Shown: positions 61,501-64,000 of the stretch, piece by piece | How the letters are laid out: every line of letters begins with the position of its first letter | How positions within the stretch are numbered: position 1 is the stretch's first letter | Made by a program: the position numbers and the translations under genes | Notes under the pieces: generated by a model | The model's database searches: none | What the model saw: the letters and a program-made list of their open reading frames with translations, nothing else | Told to the model about the DNA's origin: nothing | Assembly (NCBI GenBank): GCA_965655095.1 | Contig: OZ296650.1 | Coordinates: 91,264,001 to 91,328,000 of the forward strand | DNA length: 64,000 bases | From: Haplodiscus bocki | Lineage: Eukaryota | Direction of reading: 5' to 3'

Positions 61501-61984
61501 ATTTTGGTATACTTGGGCCGCCTCAGGATATCATTCTCATTTTCCTGTTTGCGACATGAGGATATCATTAGCAATAACATAAATGAAACAACGACCTTGT
61601 CATGCATTAGAGATTGGGGTTGAAGAACCTCCTCTTTCAGAACATTGAAATGGGAGTCGTTTTGGAACTTTTGTTGATATAAATAAAATAAAGTCTGCTC
61701 TCATGTCATTAGTACCCAATGTTTTTTTATTGCAGTTAACCCCATTGCCCAAGTCTTATTCTGCTCTGACTACCCCCTCCAGTAGCAAAGGCACCTCGCC
61801 AACGGGCAGTGACGACGAAGATGATTCTGAGAACAGTGAAGAAGAGTATATCCAGCTGCAGGCACTCAGAACAGAAATATCGCCACAGGGCAGCAGCAGC
61901 AGCTCTGGTACCAGAGGAGGAGCTGGATCTCCCTCTAAGCGCGAAAAAGATGTAGAGGAGGGCTTTAAGGAAATAAATATATAA
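4325..61984 (+). CDS. GYS: Glycogen synthase (GT3 family), 5'-truncated by the window; join(4325-4516,12330-12533,13241-13385,13786-13903,54543-54663,54943-55049,55299-55437,55505-55618,57309-57593,59902-60003,60403-60480,61736-61984)
   Basis: The spliced exons total 1854 nt in one frame with compatible phases. Hallmark motifs: [66 protein letters not shown] (E-X7-E), [20 protein letters not shown], and an S/T-xxx-S tail. Confidence 0.97.
6150..7130 (-). mobile_element. Degenerate CR1/L2-type LINE reverse transcriptase fragment
   Basis: IFLDL (~6960-6975); [14 protein letters not shown]...[21 protein letters not shown]...LFAHET (ORF 6650-6910; decayed GVPQGS and FADDT); KHLGVYVD (ORF 6336-6608). 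Confidence 0.85.
8700..11900 (-). mobile_element. Heavily decayed coding relic of an unidentified transposable element
   Basis: Run of broken protein-like minus-strand frames (8973-9164, 9469-9666, 10207-10422, 11082-11312) with weak SGNH-like words. No decisive motif; boundaries approximate. Confidence 0.3.
12250..12300. repeat. AT-rich (TTA/TTAC)n low-complexity tract
   Basis: ttaattacttattacttactataattattataatttataattattattac, just upstream of the exon 2 acceptor. Confidence 0.6.
12330..12533 (+). CDS. GYS: Glycogen synthase exon 2 (204 nt; probable GC donor)
   Basis: tttcag|TTCAAA...CCAAAT|gcaagt; encodes ...AQFHEWLAG...[25 protein letters not shown]. Confidence 0.9.
13241..13385 (+). 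CDS. GYS: Glycogen synthase exon 3 (145 nt)
   Basis: tttcag|TTCGAC...CCTG|gtcaga; encodes [33 protein letters not shown]...KRKP. Confidence 0.95.
13786..13903 (+). CDS. GYS: Glycogen synthase exon 4 (118 nt; absent from the ORF track)
   Basis: tttag|ATATCC...TACGG|gtaaga; encodes (D)[38 protein letters not shown](G). Confidence 0.95.
15760..53761. repeat. Intronic macrosatellite: 9 head-to-tail copies of a ~4.2-kb unit
   Basis: Unit starts (GAGGTAGT) at 15760, 20023, 24206, 28383, 32553, 36819, 41084, 45268 and 49506; ends at 53761. Unit lengths 4263, 4183, 4177, 4170, 4266, 4265, 4184, 4238, 4256. The same short ORFs recur at this period in the ORF track. Confidence 0.98.
16655..16736 (+). 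pseudogene. tRNA-like / SINE-head module (one per unit; also ~20924, 25109, 29280, 33457, 37733, 42000, 46170, 50409)
   Basis: A-box-like TGGTGTTCAATGA, B-box GGTTTCGAATCCC, ~73-nt span whose ends pair with GU wobbles (GGCTGGT/GTCGGTC), then TTTT. Does not fold as a canonical cloverleaf. Confidence 0.55.
53290..53900 (-). pseudogene. Decayed SGNH/GDSL esterase-like domain spanning the right flank and unit 9
   Basis: In order on the minus strand: AAFITRDLQ (block I, GDS-like), KGSLKEL (block II), [13 protein letters not shown] (block III, GxN-like), QDGRNPT (block V, DGxHP-like). Stops and frameshifts lie between them. Confidence 0.5.
53960..54245 (+). repeat. Degenerate copy of the 1600-2025 repeat family
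   Basis: gccaaattgttgtagaatgt and aacgcattcatcgtaaatttgggtgacggaaattataacggagg resemble 1800-1825 and 1965-2010. Confidence 0.35.
54543..54663 (+). CDS. GYS: Glycogen synthase exon 5 (121 nt), after the 40.6-kb intron
   Basis: ttttcag|GCATTTC...CTGAAA|gtaggt; encodes [40 protein letters not shown]; phase 2 matches exon 4. Confidence 0.95.
54943..55049 (+). CDS. GYS: Glycogen synthase exon 6 (107 nt)
   Basis: ttttag|TCATCC...CTCAA|gttagt; encodes [35 protein letters not shown]. Confidence 0.93.
55299..55437 (+). CDS. GYS: Glycogen synthase exon 7 (139 nt)
   Basis: tttcag|AGAAAC...TTGCAA|gttggt; encodes [19 protein letters not shown]...LKRCIYSLQ. Confidence 0.92.
55505..55618 (+). CDS. GYS: Glycogen synthase exon 8 (114 nt)
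   Basis: tttaag|AGACCT...GTTAAG|gttagt; encodes [38 protein letters not shown]; preceded by a 67-nt intron. Confidence 0.92.
57309..57593 (+). CDS. GYS: Glycogen synthase exon 9 (285 nt; catalytic E-X7-E)
   Basis: ttttag|GTAATC...GCACAG|gtcggt; encodes [15 protein letters not shown]...[37 protein letters not shown]...QLAQ. Confidence 0.96.
58788..58856 (+). pseudogene. tRNA-Gln(CTG)-derived cassette, copy 1
   Basis: GGTTAGGAC...TTCTGAA...GGTCCGCGTTCGACTC; A and B boxes present, stems degenerate. Confidence 0.5.
58895..58965 (+). pseudogene. tRNA-Gln(CTG)-derived cassette, copy 2
   Basis: GATTCCCATGGCACAGCGGGTAGGAC...TTCTGAA...GGTTCGAATCC then TTTT; 5' end resembles metazoan tRNA-Gln GGTTCCATGG; stems do not pair. 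Confidence 0.55.
58993..59510. repeat. Minisatellite of ~116-129 bp, about 4.2 copies
   Basis: CGGAAAATCGTGAT-like starts near 58993, 59109, 59238, 59363 and 59489; each unit has TTCGxTACC...TTCTGAA...TTCGGxACTGTGAGACAAAA. Confidence 0.9.
59902..60003 (+). CDS. GYS: Glycogen synthase exon 10 (102 nt; arginine cluster)
   Basis: ttttag|TTTATG...GGATTG|gttaga; encodes [34 protein letters not shown]. Confidence 0.95.
60403..60480 (+). CDS. GYS: Glycogen synthase exon 11 (78 nt)
   Basis: tttcag|TATTAT...ATAGAG|gttagt; encodes [26 protein letters not shown]. Confidence 0.88.
60600..61400 (-). mobile_element. Highly decayed Gypsy-like pol (RT/RNase H) relic
   Basis: [12 protein letters not shown] (~61220-61255; cf. 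DDILIFSKTFEEHL), [11 protein letters not shown] (~60930-60965; cf. FLGLVGYYRRF) and TNASG (cf. TDAS) occur in the expected order. Confidence 0.4.
61736..61984 (+). CDS. GYS: Glycogen synthase terminal exon (regulatory tail, TAA stop)
   Basis: ttgcag|TTAACC; encodes [30 protein letters not shown]...KEINI*, with an S/T-xxx-S ladder followed by an acidic patch. Confidence 0.88.
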   Translation, partial: LTPLPKSYSALTTPSSSKGTSPTGSDDEDDSENSEEEYIQLQALRTEISPQGSSSSSGTRGGAGSPSKREKDVEEGFKEINI

Positions 61985-62436
61985 CATAGATACATCATCA
62001 CTGCAACCTCAATCAAAATCGGTTTCAGATTTATTACATGTTATCTGGTTCTTGTGTGGTTTTGAGCTGAAGACTTGTTTTGATATCTGAAATGCTATTA
62101 AATCAACGAATTAATGGATACGTTTGGTAGTGGCCAAACTTTAGACCTATAAATTTGTAATAATCTTGATCATTAACTTTTCACTGCGAGACAGGTGCTA
62201 AATTCTGTAAACTTAAGAAGTTTTTCACAATCGTTTTGACATTCGGTTATGAAATGCTGCTTTCGCAATTCATGGAGATTCTTGCCACGGTTCAGTTTGC
62301 CAGAAATGTATCCCAAGCAAACCATTTAATCAAAAACAGGTTGACGTTTAACCAAACTATTTCGAATAATTTCTATTAGTGTCAGACAAAATGGCCGACC
62401 GTTTCTCCTTTGTTGCCGATGACTAATTATTTTTAT

Positions 62437-62442
62437 AATAAA
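62437..62442 (+). promoter_or_regulatory. Candidate polyadenylation signal of GYS
   Basis: AATAAA ~450 nt after the stop codon, followed by T-rich sequence. Unverified. Confidence 0.3.
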
Positions 62443-64000
62443 AACTGATTTTATTTTTATCGCGCTTTTCCGGAGTCAATTTCAGTTTTGAGATGGTCAG
62501 AATAATTAGTCGTCTTGACATTTTAATTCACAATATAGAACTTTATAAATATATCTTTTGCATTAAAATCCCATTTTATCTTAGTTAAGAATCGGCTTCC
62601 AGCTCATGTATTGCTGAATTTTTGAAATGTTGTTGAGGCCGATAATCAATTGCCAAGCCACGAAATCTCACACTCCCGGCTTATCGGCAACGGAAGTTGT
62701 CTGTTTGCAAGAATTCATGTGGGCTATCTAAGTTTTGAAGGCTTTGATGGTACTATACAGAGTTGGTGACGTTAAAAGTTTCTGGCTGTAACATGGAGAA
62801 AGACGTTTTCAGACTAAAATGCTTTTCGTAGATTTCATGCTATACTAAGATCACAATGTAAATTTCAAAGCTACTTTTAGTCGATTGTGACTGAAAATTT
62901 GATTGACTTTTTGCGATGATTCTTTTTAAATAGAAACCTGTCATTGAATGTGAATTTTTAAATGGCGGAAGAGCCATTTGCTGGAGTCGGAAGGTTGGAT
63001 CGAAGTACTGAAGTGAAATATGAAGCAATGTTGAAGCGATATTTATAGGAAGTAAATTGGACAAGTAAGAAATGGACATGAAATTCTGCTTTTATGGGTA
63101 AAAGCCATGTATCTATAATAGGTGGCTGAATACAATTTCTTGGAACACAATTATCTTTGCTCTGAAAAACGCCAAAATTTCCATTTGATTGTTGTTACAA
63201 TTTCGGATCTGCTACAGAATCTCTTTTGGAAGTATTCTAAATTGTTTTTGATGCTTGACGCCCGGATAGTGATGTACTTTGAAAGAACTGTATTTCATCG
63301 ATTACAAGCAGCGCTTGTTTTTAAAAATTCAATGTTTCGACACAGCTTCTAATCGCGGGTGTTTAGAAGAGCAGAGCGAAGCCTATTCGCACAAGGACAC
63401 GTCAAAATGATTTCGTTTTTTTCCCGTCCGTGACATCCCTCTGCGTTTCATCTCTTTAGATGTAATTTTCTCGGCACCTATTGGTCGGAGTTTTCCGATT
63501 TTTGTATAAAAACTACAATGGGTTCACGATCATTCCTATTCCAAATTTTCAGCCGCCTAAAGTTTTTTCGGCAAGTTATTAGTGATAAAAATTTCATTTT
63601 TCGGATTTCCTAGAGGGCAAACGTTAATTTTCTCTGTCTGTACCGAAATCTTAGAAATGCTAATGTTTTTGCATTAATCGATGGAACGCCGTTCAGTTGA
63701 GCGGCTTGCTGTGGTATTGTTTTTCAAGAGTTTTTTCGGTCAGTTTTCGTCAAAAACAGCGGAAACTTCCGATTTTTTTTTCGGGACAGATTGGATATTC
63801 CCCATTGCCCACTGCATTTGTTAACTTTGACGCTCATTTTCTACAAACGCATATGTACGATCCGTTTACTTTTTGCTTAGCTGCAATGGCAACGTCGTTT
63901 TTGACCGGGCCGAGTTTTTTGGTGGAGGATAATTTTTCGCTTGGCGAAAACAATTGGAAACAGTTTTTTTCAGAGGGCCAGTGTTACTTTGTCGCACTTC

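Noticed and set aside
61736-62016. Two minus-strand ORFs
   Set aside because: Antisense shadows of the GYS terminal exon.
63350-64000. Possible start of another interspersed repeat
   Set aside because: No second copy or diagnostic terminus within the window.

Overview
Eukaryotic (metazoan-type, AT-rich, intron-rich) DNA, not prokaryotic. The window holds most of a + strand glycogen synthase gene (GT3 family). I can splice 12 exons by hand (4325-61984; 617 aa plus stop); the N-terminal ~100 aa must lie upstream of the window. The 40.6-kb fourth visible intron (13904-54542) is almost filled by exactly nine head-to-tail copies of a ~4.2-kb unit (15760-53761). The array looks like an in-situ tandem amplification: it has a TTGT microhomology at both breakpoints, and both flanks continue the unit's decayed sequence. 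The units are a recombinant patchwork of haplotypes. Each carries a decayed minus-strand coding relic, including part of a probable SGNH/GDSL esterase domain, and a tRNA-like Pol III module. Other introns and flanks contain decayed LINEs (I/Ingi-like and CR1/L2-like), a Gypsy-like pol relic, and Helitron-like non-autonomous elements, one carrying two tandem tRNA-Gln-derived cassettes. The gene probably uses a GC-AG intron and mostly GTY donors. Nearly all short ORFs in the six-frame track are non-coding noise or transposon relics.
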